This document shows positions 1 through 7,873 of a stretch of DNA of 21,688 nucleotides, piece after piece. A program made the position numbers and the translations under genes. Origin of the DNA: Myxococcota bacterium (GTDB taxonomy: Bacteria > Myxococcota_A > Polyangia > Polyangiales > Sandaracinaceae); NCBI GenBank assembly GCA_036149055.1, contig JAYZQJ010000122.1, positions 1-21,688 on the forward strand, given 5' to 3'. Below the pieces are notes generated by a model that was not told where the DNA came from, searched no databases, and saw nothing but the letters and a program-made list of their open reading frames with translations. Position 1 is the stretch's first letter. Each line of letters opens with the position of its first letter.

Positions 1-40
1 CGACTTCGCTGCGCTCGTCGCCCTCGTCTCGGGTTCTTCT

Positions 41-1141
41 TCAGTCCTCGGCGCGGGGGACGACGGGGATCTCGACGCTCTCGCGGATGTTCTCTTCTTC
101 TTCGCCGGGCTGGGCGAGCAGGTCGCCGGGGCGGCTGCGGCGCAGGGGGACGAGCTGGGAGGGCGGCAGGTCCCGGGGGGGCAGCTTCAGCCGCTCGCGG
201 GCGAGGGCCACGCTCTCGCCGAGGGGCTCGGCGTCGGTGGGCTCGGCCACCCGGCGGAGGACCCTCGCGAGCGCGCGCGCCATCTGCTGGGCCGAGCGGT
301 AGCGCTTGCGGGGGTCCCGCTCGAGCGCCCGGTGCACGGCCCGGGTCAGCTCCTCGGGGAGATCGGGCCGGGTCGACGAGAGCGGCGGGATCTCGCAGCG
401 CATGACGTTCTTGAGGGTGTCGAGGTCGGTCTTGGCCTTGAAGAGGCGCCGGCCGGCGAGGACCTCCCAGAGCACGGTGCCCAGGGAGAAGAGGTCGGAC
501 TGCGGGCTCGGCTCGGTCTTGGAGTCGTCGACCATCTCGGGCGGCAGGTAGGCGACCTTGCCCTTCACCATCTCGGGGCGGGTGATCTTCGCCCGGTCCA
601 TCGCGCGGGCGAGCCCGAAGTCGGCGAGCTTCACGATCCCGTTGAGCCCGATGAGCACGTTGCCGGGCGTGACGTCGCGGTGATAGGCGGGCGCCTCCTT
701 GCCCCAGGGATCGGTCCGGCCGTGGGCCGCGTGCAGCCCGCGGAGCGCCTCGATGCCGATCGCGGCCGTCAGGTGCCAGGGCGTGTGCCAGCCCGCCTCC
801 TGGAAGGACCTCGACCAGCGCCCGAGATCGACGCCCTCGACCCACTCCATCACCAGATAGTGGCTCCCCCAGTCGTCGACCCCGAAGTCGTGGAGCTGCA
901 CGACGTTGGGGTGATCGAGGGTCGCGCCCACCCGCGCCTCCTCGACGAACATCTGTACGAATTCGGGGTTGTGCGAGAGCGAGGCCTTGATGCGTTTGAC
1001 CCCGACCGGCCGGATGAAGCCGGCCGCGCCACGGGTCACCGCCCGCCAGACGTCGGCCATGCCCCCCTCGCCGGCCTTCTCCACCAGCTGGTAGCGACCG
1101 GCCAGGACGTTCCCCGCGGAGTCCTCCACCGAAGGGAGCAT
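41..1141 (-). CDS. Hanks-type Ser/Thr protein kinase, cytoplasmic (no TM segment)
   Basis: Motifs AGEGGMADVW (Gly loop), VGVK, FVEEAR, YHRDVTPGNVL, DFGLAR, GKVAYLPPE, SDLFSLG, RPDLP...KRY. Short acidic C-terminal tail, no hydrophobic helix. The true start may be GTG at 1129 (TATGCT lies 7 nt upstream of it). Confidence 0.95.
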   Translation of the reverse strand: MLPSVEDSAGNVLAGRYQLVEKAGEGGMADVWRAVTRGAAGFIRPVGVKRIKASLSHNPEFVQMFVEEARVGATLDHPNVVQLHDFGVDDWGSHYLVMEWVEGVDLGRWSRSFQEAGWHTPWHLTAAIGIEALRGLHAAHGRTDPWGKEAPAYHRDVTPGNVLIGLNGIVKLADFGLARAMDRAKITRPEMVKGKVAYLPPEMVDDSKTEPSPQSDLFSLGTVLWEVLAGRRLFKAKTDLDTLKNVMRCEIPPLSSTRPDLPEELTRAVHRALERDPRKRYRSAQQMARALARVLRRVAEPTDAEPLGESVALARERLKLPPRDLPPSQLVPLRRSRPGDLLAQPGEEEENIRESVEIPVVPRAED

Positions 1142-1213
1142 ACCAGTGACGCGCGTTGCCGTGGGACCGACCGCGTGTCACACAGCGGCCCCCCTCCCCG
1201 GAGCCGTACCCCC

Positions 1214-3031
1214 ATGCCGTCCGATTCTCAGCAGAACCTGCGCAACGTCGCCATCATCGCCCACGTCGATCACGGGAAGACCACCCTCGTCGACGCCATG
1301 CTCCGGCAGACCGGCGTCTTCCACGAGAAGGCGAACCTCACCGACCGGGTGATGGACTCGAACGATCTGGAGCGCGAGCGCGGCATCACGATCCTCGCCA
1401 AGCAGGCGTCCGTGCGGTGGAAAGGCGTGAAGATCAACATCATCGACACCCCCGGCCACGCCGACTTCGGGGGCGAGGTCGAGCGCACGCTCCAGATGGC
1501 CGACGGCGTCGTGCTGCTGGTCGACGCGGCCGAGGGCCCGCTGCCCCAGACCCGCTTCGTGCTCGGCAAGTCGATCGAGCAGGGCATGCCGATCCTGGTG
1601 GTCATCAACAAGATCGACCGCCCGGACGCGCGCCCCGACGAGGTGCTCAACGAGGTCTTCGACCTCTTCTGCGAGCTCGAGGCGTCCGACGCGCAGGCCG
1701 ACTTCCCGGTGCTCTACGCGATCGGCAAGGACGGCGTGGCCAAGCGCTCCCTCGACGACGACAACGACGACCTGCTGCCGCTCTTCGAGATGCTCGTCGA
1801 CAAGGTGCCGCCGCCGGTCGGCGATCCGTCGGCGCCGCTCCAGATGATCGTCAACGACATCCACCACGACGAGTACGTGGGCCGCCTCGCGATCGGCCGG
1901 GTGATGCGCGGCCGCCTCGAGCAGGGCGCGCAGGTGCTCCGCATCGGCGAGGACGAGGAGAAGCGGCACAAGGTCGCCAAGGTCTACGCCTTCGAGGCGC
2001 TCGGCCGGACCGAGACCGAGGGCGCGAGCGCGGGCGACATCTGCGCCGTCGCGGGCATGGAAGAGGTGCAGATCGGCGATACGCTCGCCGACCCCGAGAA
2101 GCCCGAGGCGCTGCCGCGCATCCGGGTCGAGGAGCCCACCCTCAAGATCTCGATGCACGTGAACACCTCGCCGATGGCGGGGCTGAGCGGCAAGTGGGTC
2201 ACCTCCCGCCACCTCCGCGAGCGCTTCGAGAAGGAGGCCAAGCGCAACCTGGCGATGCGCTTCGAGCCCACCGACGAGCCGGATCGCTTCACCGTCTACG
2301 GCCGCGGCGAGCTCATGATCGCGGTGCTCCTCGAGACCATGCGCCGCGAGGGCTACGAGGTCGCCGTCGGCATGCCCGAGGTGGTCACCAAGGAGATCGA
2401 CGGCGAGCTGCACGAGCCGATCGAGCGCGTCGTCATCGACGTGCCCGAGGAATACGTCGGCTCGATCACGACCAACCTGGGCTCGCGCAAGGGCCAGATG
2501 ACCAAGATGAGCAACCTCGGCTTCGGGCGCGCGCGCCTCGAGTTCCGGGTGCCGTCGCGTGGCCTCATCGGCTTCCGGACCCAGTTCCTCACCCTCTCGC
2601 GCGGGACCGGCCTGCTCAACACCCTCTTCGACGGCTGGGAGCCCTACGGCGGCCCGATGCTCAAGCGGCCCAACGGCGCGATCGTCTCCGACCGCAAGGG
2701 CACCGCGACCCCCTACGCCCTGTTCCACCTCCAGCCGCGCGGCGTGCTCTTCGTGAGCGCCGGCGCGGACGTCTACGAGGGCATGATCATCGGCGAGCAC
2801 AACCGCGAGAACGATCTCGACGTGAACGCCACCCGCGAGAAGAAGCTCACGAACGTGCGCGCCTCCGGCCGCGACGAGAACGTGATCCTCTCGCCCCCCA
2901 AGCCGCTGTCGATCGAGAGCGGGCTCGAGTGGATCGATCGCGACGAGCTGCTCGAGGTCACGCCGGACGCGCTGCGGCTGCGAAAGAAGATCCTGGCCTG
3001 CAATCGGCGCCCGAAGCGCGTCGCGGGTTGA
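1214..3031 (+). CDS. typA: Translational GTPase TypA/BipA (605 aa)
   Basis: RNVAIIAHVDHGKTTLVD (G1), MDSNDLERERGITILAK, DTPGHADFGGEVER (G3), NKID (G4), GRGEL, C-terminal KKLTNVRASGRDE and DELLEVTP. Start at ATG 1214 inside the 332..3031 ORF; the upstream part of that ORF is antisense to the kinase. Confidence 0.98.
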   Translation: MPSDSQQNLRNVAIIAHVDHGKTTLVDAMLRQTGVFHEKANLTDRVMDSNDLERERGITILAKQASVRWKGVKINIIDTPGHADFGGEVERTLQMADGVVLLVDAAEGPLPQTRFVLGKSIEQGMPILVVINKIDRPDARPDEVLNEVFDLFCELEASDAQADFPVLYAIGKDGVAKRSLDDDNDDLLPLFEMLVDKVPPPVGDPSAPLQMIVNDIHHDEYVGRLAIGRVMRGRLEQGAQVLRIGEDEEKRHKVAKVYAFEALGRTETEGASAGDICAVAGMEEVQIGDTLADPEKPEALPRIRVEEPTLKISMHVNTSPMAGLSGKWVTSRHLRERFEKEAKRNLAMRFEPTDEPDRFTVYGRGELMIAVLLETMRREGYEVAVGMPEVVTKEIDGELHEPIERVVIDVPEEYVGSITTNLGSRKGQMTKMSNLGFGRARLEFRVPSRGLIGFRTQFLTLSRGTGLLNTLFDGWEPYGGPMLKRPNGAIVSDRKGTATPYALFHLQPRGVLFVSAGADVYEGMIIGEHNRENDLDVNATREKKLTNVRASGRDENVILSPPKPLSIESGLEWIDRDELLEVTPDALRLRKKILACNRRPKRVAG

Positions 3032-3063
3032 GCCCGGGCGCGTTTGCGGGTAGATGCCTCGCC

Positions 3064-3381
3064 ATGGGGATGAAGCACGAAATCCACCACGGCCTCGAGC
3101 CGGACCTGGCCAAGAAGGCCATCGACAAGGCGATGGAGGCGTACTCGGAGCGCTTCTCCGACTTCAACCCGCGCTTCGCGTGGAAGACCGAGAGCCGCGG
3201 CGAGCTCGGGTTCAAGGCCAAGGGCGTCGGCGTCGACGGCTCGATCGAGATCGCGGGACCGAAGATCTTCGTCGATCTCGAGGTCCCGTTCCTGCTCCGC
3301 GTCTTCAAGGGCAAGGCGATCGACGTGATCGATCGCGAGGTCAAGAAGTGGGTCGAGAAGGCCCGCGCCGGCGAGCTGTGA
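3064..3381 (+). CDS. Polyhydroxyalkanoic acid system (PHA_gran_rgn-like) small protein
   Basis: C-terminal 105 aa of ORF 1156..3381 (MGMKHEIHHGLEPDLAKKAID...W...FKAKGVGVDGSIEI...VDLEVPFLLRVFKGKAIDVIDREV) fits the family pattern H-x-L...W...F...G.I.I...V.L.lP.LL..FKG.I. GC-rich third positions. Alternative start ATG 3070. Family assignment is by recalled pattern, not a search. Confidence 0.8.
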   Translation: MGMKHEIHHGLEPDLAKKAIDKAMEAYSERFSDFNPRFAWKTESRGELGFKAKGVGVDGSIEIAGPKIFVDLEVPFLLRVFKGKAIDVIDREVKKWVEKARAGEL

Positions 3382-4274
3382 GCCTGGCCGCGGTCCTGGA
3401 CGAGCTTCTGCGCTCGCCGGGCCGCGTCATGACCGAAGACGTCGCGACCTGGTGGGCGTCCCATCGCGCGCTCTCGGCGCGCTGCCACGGACCCTGGGAG
3501 GTGGCGGTGCGCGGGGGCGCGCAGGCGGACCGGCTCGGGTTCGCCTTCGCGGCGGGCTACGAGGCGGCGCTCTGGCGGCTCCTGCCGGAGCGCGATCGGC
3601 AGGTCCCCGCGGCCCTTTGCGCCACCGAGCGGGGTGGGGTGCACCCGCGCGCGATCGAGACCCGCTTCGAGGGCGGTCGCCTCCACGGCGAGAAGACCTT
3701 CGTCACCCTCGGCACCCACGCCGAGGAGCTGCTCGTGCTGGCCCGCGAGGGCGAGGTGGACGGTCGCCCGTCGCTCGCGCTGGTGCGCGTCGCGGCCGAC
3801 GCCGACGGCGTCTCGTTGACCCCGCTCCCCCCGACCCCGTTCGTGCCGGAGATCCCGCACGCGTCGGTGCGCTTCGAGGGCGCGCCCGGCGAGCGGCTGC
3901 CCGGCGACGGCTGGTCCGATCACGTGCGGCCCTTCCGCACCGTCGAGGACGTGCACGTGCACGCGGCGCTCCTCGGCTGGCTGCTCGCGATGGGCTGGCT
4001 CGACCCGGACGCGCGTGAGCGCGCGCTCTCGATCCTGCTGAGCCTGGAGGGCCTCTCGCGCTGCGATCCCTCCTCCGCCGCGACGCACCTCGCGCTCGCG
4101 GGCGCGATCGCTCAGACCCAGGCCCTGGTCGAGGGCTGTGACCTCGCCGCCCTCGACGGCGCGGACCGGGACCGGTGGGAGCGCGATCGCGCGCTGCTCC
4201 GGGTGGCCGGGAAGGCCCGCGCGGCCCGCCGCGACAAGGCACGCGCGAGCTTCGTGCTACCCCTGGGCACATGA
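3378..4274 (+). CDS. Short acyl-CoA dehydrogenase-like flavoprotein (298 aa)
   Basis: GTG start overlaps the upstream stop (GTGA at 3378-3381). ALCATERGG and RLHGEKTFVTLG...LLVLAR resemble the ACAD middle domain (ALTEP..GSD, LNGxKxFIT); HASVRFE...LPGDG resembles the segment preceding the ACAD C-terminal domain. Confidence 0.8.
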   Translation: MSLAAVLDELLRSPGRVMTEDVATWWASHRALSARCHGPWEVAVRGGAQADRLGFAFAAGYEAALWRLLPERDRQVPAALCATERGGVHPRAIETRFEGGRLHGEKTFVTLGTHAEELLVLAREGEVDGRPSLALVRVAADADGVSLTPLPPTPFVPEIPHASVRFEGAPGERLPGDGWSDHVRPFRTVEDVHVHAALLGWLLAMGWLDPDARERALSILLSLEGLSRCDPSSAATHLALAGAIAQTQALVEGCDLAALDGADRDRWERDRALLRVAGKARAARRDKARASFVLPLGT

Positions 4275-4597
4275 GCGAAGAGATCCGAGCGTCGGTCGGG
4301 GGCCCCGTCCTCTACGAGGTCGAGGTGCGCGGTCGCGAGGGCGAGCTCCGCTCGGGCGGAGATCCCGTGGGCCGCTTCGAGCTGGGCCCCGGCCAAGCGC
4401 GCGTCACCCTGGAGGGCGGCGAGGTCGTCCTGGCCGCGGCCTGCTCGGGGGGCGCGCGCGTCTGGAGCCGCGCCGGCAGCCGTCGCGTCACCCGCCGCGG
4501 CGCCACCGCCGTCGTGGGCGGCGTGCTGCGGGTCGGCCCCGACGACGACGCCCTCTTCCTCGTCACCGCCGCGCTGGCCGCGCACGCCGCGGGCTGA
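4271..4597 (+). CDS. Hypothetical protein (108 aa), beta-rich with a hydrophobic C-terminal helix
   Basis: ATGA overlap with the upstream stop (4271-4274), GC-rich third positions, fills the gap up to a convergent stop. Confidence 0.65.
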   Translation: MSEEIRASVGGPVLYEVEVRGREGELRSGGDPVGRFELGPGQARVTLEGGEVVLAAACSGGARVWSRAGSRRVTRRGATAVVGGVLRVGPDDDALFLVTAALAAHAAG

Positions 4598-4600
4598 TCA

Positions 4601-5929
4601 TTAGCGCACGCCGCTCGGCGTGAAGCTCGGAGAGTCGAAGCTCAGCCGGGTCCGCTCGTCGTCCTCGCCGTAGCGCGTGGCGTCCTCGTCGCTGGTCCAG
4701 TCCTCGACGTCGAAGACCAGCTGGTGCTTGTCGATCGCGATCACGTCGCCCGGCACGAGGGGGCGCTCGTCCCGCACGCGCTCGCCGTTGACGAAGGTCC
4801 CGTTGCGGGTCTGGTGGTCGATCAGCCAGAAGGTGCCGCCCCGGAAGCGCACCGACGCGTGGCGTCGGCTCACGGTGTCGTGGTCGATGACCACGCTGAC
4901 CACGTCGCGCTCGGACGGCTTGCGCCCGATGACGGTGAGCTCGCCGAGGTCGTGGCGGACCGCGCCCGACGCGCCGGTCGTGTCCATGAGGTACGCCTTC
5001 GGCATCACCGGCGCCGGCGCCTTCGGGCGCGTGGGCCCCGCCGGGTCCGCGGAGGCGGATCGGCGCCGGAGCCGGACCACGACGAACACCACCACCGCGA
5101 ACGCGAGCAGGCCCAGCGCGGCGGCGAGCGCCCACACCGGCGCCTCTCCGGTCTCCTCGCCCTCGTCCGTCGGCGTGGACGCGGCGGGCGCCTCGACCTC
5201 GGGCGCTGCCACCCGGGACGCTGCCTCCTGGGACGCTGGCACCTGGGACGCTGGCACCTGGGGGGCGGCTACGTCGGCCTCCGGCGCCGCCGCGACGTCT
5301 TGCCGGGCCGCGTCGAGGCGCTCGAAGGCCGCCTCGAGGTCCTCCGCGCGCAGCACCCGCTCGTAGGAGCCCGAGGTGCGCCGGGTGACGCTCTCGATGA
5401 TGCGGAAGTCGGCGTCCTCGGTGAACGCGATGCCGTAGAGCCGGATGCCGGCGTCGGCCGCCGACTCGGCCAGCCCCTCCGCCAGCCAGTCCTCGAGCTC
5501 TTCGTCCCGGTCCGGGTCGCCCGAGTCCACGCGTCCGTCGGTGAGGAACACGATGGCCGGCCGCGCCCCCTCCCGACCGCCCGTGCGGAGGTGGTAGACC
5601 GCGCGCTCGATCGCGGCCGGGAGGTTGGTCAGGCGCCCCCGGTAGCTCACGTGCGCGTCGAGCGCCTCCGCGAAGCGCGCCTCGTCGGGGTGGCCGAGCG
5701 GGGTCACCAACCGCGCGGTCTCGTCGAAGACCAGCAGCGCCACCCGGGCGTCGTCTCCGCGCCGCGCCACGAAGCGCTCGACCGCGACGGGCGCCAGATC
5801 GTTCGGGTCGTTCCGGCGCATGCTGCCGGAGTTGTCGAGCACGATCACGATGTCCTCCTGCGCCCGGGCCGGGCCGGCGAGCGCGAGGAGCGCGCAGCAG
5901 GAGAGCGCGAGCGCGAGGCGGGCGAACAT
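4601..5929 (-). CDS. Signal peptide - vWA (MIDAS) - Pro/Ala linker - TM - FHA protein
   Basis: Signal MFARLALALSCCALLALAGPARA|Q; MIDAS VLDNSGSM...LTN...FLTDG; TM WALAAALGLLAFAVVVFVVV followed by RLRRR; FHA residues IGR, VSRRHA, TRNGTFVNG. Confidence 0.92.
   Translation of the reverse strand: MFARLALALSCCALLALAGPARAQEDIVIVLDNSGSMRRNDPNDLAPVAVERFVARRGDDARVALLVFDETARLVTPLGHPDEARFAEALDAHVSYRGRLTNLPAAIERAVYHLRTGGREGARPAIVFLTDGRVDSGDPDRDEELEDWLAEGLAESAADAGIRLYGIAFTEDADFRIIESVTRRTSGSYERVLRAEDLEAAFERLDAARQDVAAAPEADVAAPQVPASQVPASQEAASRVAAPEVEAPAASTPTDEGEETGEAPVWALAAALGLLAFAVVVFVVVRLRRRSASADPAGPTRPKAPAPVMPKAYLMDTTGASGAVRHDLGELTVIGRKPSERDVVSVVIDHDTVSRRHASVRFRGGTFWLIDHQTRNGTFVNGERVRDERPLVPGDVIAIDKHQLVFDVEDWTSDEDATRYGEDDERTRLSFDSPSFTPSGVR
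5213..5262. repeat. 15-bp tandem repeat (about 3.3 copies) in the vWA-TM linker, encoding QVPAS-QVPAS-QEAAS
   Basis: ccgggacgctgcctc / ctgggacgctggcac / ctgggacgctggcac / ctggg on the + strand. Confidence 0.85.
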
Positions 5930-5971
5930 CGTCGAGAGACACAGTAACCCCGGTTCGCGATCGCGACGAGA

Positions 5972-7414
5972 TCACCGGGCCGCGACCCACTCGCCGTGGA
6001 AGGCGACCGGCATCAGCGGCAGGCGGGCGCGGGCGACGGGCGCGAGCGTCTCGTCGAGGATCACCAGAGTGGTCGACTCCCGCTCCGCGTCCGAGACGAG
6101 CGCGAGCACGTGGGCGGGGCCGCCGGCCCGATCGGTCGCGATCAGCGGTTCACCCACGAAGGTGCCCGGGGGGGCCGTCCAGAGGCGCGGAGCCTCCCGC
6201 GGGCCGTCGAGATCGACGCGGAGCACGCTGTCGAAGGGATCGGAGTGGCGCGGGTCCGCTCGGCAGGCGCCGACCATCCAGGGGGCGGCGCGGCCGCGCG
6301 CGCGAGGCGCGACCCGCGGGAAGTCCACGCCGTGCGGCGCCAACCGCTCCCAGCTCGCCTCGCTCGACCCGTCCGGCGCCGTGACGCGGTAGAGCCGCTG
6401 GGGGCCGCGCGCGTCGGGCAGCCCGGGGTCCAACGGGCGGCTCGGGCCCTGGTAGCCGAGCTCCTCTCCGAACGAGAAGTCGTCGAACGCGCAGGCGTCC
6501 ACCACCACCGCGCCGTCTCGCTCGAAGGCGTTGGCGAAGTGCACCACGAAGGCCGAAGACGGCAGGGTCACGCGGCGGATCCGGCCTCCGCGCCGCGGGA
6601 CGAGGATCAGCTCGCCGGGCGCGTCCGGCCGCGTCCGGATCGCCGAGAGCAGGGTGCCCGCGCCGACCAGGCTGCGCGCCAGGGCCCACGGGCGGAGGGC
6701 GATGGGGTTGCCCGCGACGACGTACCAGCGCTCCGTGAAGGCGAAGTCGTGCACGAAGCCGAGGCCGGGCAGAGGAGCCTCTCGCTCGGCGACGACGCGG
6801 CCGCCGCGGTCGACCTCCCGGAAGCGCAGCGTGGTCCGGCGTCCCATGGCGACGCTGCAGAGGATCAGCCGGTCCTCGTGGGGATCGTGGTGCATGTGGG
6901 CCAGCGTCGCCTGGTCGGCGATCGCGCCTCCGAACGTCTCGACGCCGAGGGTCTCGAGCGTGTCCGGATCGAGCGCGTGGGGGGCGCCGCCCTCCCAGCC
7001 GGCCAGCAGTCGACCGCCCCACGGGACGAGGGTGGTGTTCGCGACGTTGCGTGGCTCGCCGCCACCGAGGTTGCGCCAGAACCGGGAGTCCGGGTTGGTC
7101 GCCAGACCGCGGTGCACGAGCCGCCCGGCCCGCTGCTCGTCCCGGAGCACGCGAGTGCGCACGAAGCGCGCGCGGAGGACGACGCCGCCGTCCGGCTCGA
7201 GCCCGTAGGAGCGCACGTAGCCGTGGCCGTCGAAGGGATGCGCGAGGCGGTCGCCGATCTGCGTCCATCCGGGGCCGTTGGAGAGCAGGCGGCCGCCGCG
7301 CAGGGAGGACGGGATCTGGCCTTCGATCGCCCCGGGAGGAACCCGGAGGTCGAGATCTCCGGGCGCCGCCGTCATCACCCGGTTCCAGGCTCGCTCGCGC
7401 TCCGCGTCCTTCAC
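5972..7414 (-). CDS. Carotenoid oxygenase (CCD/ACO/lignostilbene dioxygenase, RPE65 superfamily) protein
   Basis: EGQIPSSLRGGRLLSNGPG, HPFDGHG, NVANT, WEGG, four Fe-ligand His motifs (LAHM, FVHDF, VHFANAFE, FHGEW), DFPRV, GEP. GTG start overlaps the MarR stop (GTGA). Confidence 0.93.
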   Translation of the reverse strand: MKDAERERAWNRVMTAAPGDLDLRVPPGAIEGQIPSSLRGGRLLSNGPGWTQIGDRLAHPFDGHGYVRSYGLEPDGGVVLRARFVRTRVLRDEQRAGRLVHRGLATNPDSRFWRNLGGGEPRNVANTTLVPWGGRLLAGWEGGAPHALDPDTLETLGVETFGGAIADQATLAHMHHDPHEDRLILCSVAMGRRTTLRFREVDRGGRVVAEREAPLPGLGFVHDFAFTERWYVVAGNPIALRPWALARSLVGAGTLLSAIRTRPDAPGELILVPRRGGRIRRVTLPSSAFVVHFANAFERDGAVVVDACAFDDFSFGEELGYQGPSRPLDPGLPDARGPQRLYRVTAPDGSSEASWERLAPHGVDFPRVAPRARGRAAPWMVGACRADPRHSDPFDSVLRVDLDGPREAPRLWTAPPGTFVGEPLIATDRAGGPAHVLALVSDAERESTTLVILDETLAPVARARLPLMPVAFHGEWVAAR

Positions 7415-7833
7415 GCGTCGTCCTCCAGCGCCGCGATCATCCGGTCCAGCACGCGCGGCAGTCGTCGCCGGTCCGTCGCCGAGAGCGTGGTCGCGGCGGC
7501 GCGCTCCATCCGGTCGAGCGCGGCCAGCCCTCGCTCGAGCGGGGCGTCGGGCGCCACCTTCACGAGCCGCGCGCGTGGGTCGGCTGGATCTCGCTCGCGG
7601 ATCACGACGCCCGCCGCCTCCAGCCGGGCGAGCGCCGCAGACACCGTGGGCGGCCGGACCGAGAGCAGCGCGGCCAGCTCTCCCTGCCGGAGCCCGCCCT
7701 CGGCGCGCATCACCTCGCCGACCAGCCGCAGCTCCGCGACCGTCAGGTCGAGCGCGGCCAGCTCTCTCGCGAGCCGCCCGTGGAAGGCCGCGGAGAGCGC
7801 CCAGAGGCGCTCGGTGAGCGGATGGTCGGCCAC
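7411..7833 (-). CDS. MarR-family winged-helix transcriptional regulator
   Basis: LDLTVAELRLV...LRQGELAALLSVRPPTVSAALARLEAAGVVIRERDPADPRARLV is the MarR wHTH with the DxR wing motif; 140 aa. Confidence 0.93.
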   Translation of the reverse strand: MADHPLTERLWALSAAFHGRLARELAALDLTVAELRLVGEVMRAEGGLRQGELAALLSVRPPTVSAALARLEAAGVVIRERDPADPRARLVKVAPDAPLERGLAALDRMERAAATTLSATDRRRLPRVLDRMIAALEDDA

Positions 7834-7839
7834 CCTCGT

Positions 7840-7854
7840 TAGTTAGCCTAACTA
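7840..7854. promoter_or_regulatory. Perfect AT-rich inverted repeat TAGTTAG-C-CTAACTA, candidate MarR operator
   Basis: 7-1-7 palindrome 6 nt upstream of the marR GTG, strikingly AT-rich against the GC-rich background; overlaps a TAGGCT -10-like hexamer on the minus strand. Confidence 0.8.
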
Positions 7855-7873
7855 TGTAGGGCGCGTCCAGCCG

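Noticed and set aside
332..1213. 294-aa N-terminal extension of TypA in the 899-aa ORF
   Set aside because: It is mostly the antisense shadow of the kinase gene; TypA homology begins at ATG 1214.
1156..3063. Long Arg/Pro-rich ORF overlapping typA (and similar ORFs such as 8937..11840, 13186..14931, 19556..20995)
   Set aside because: Off-frame ORFs expected in very GC-rich DNA; they overlap well-supported genes and have no motifs. Only the last 105 aa of 1156..3381 is a real gene.
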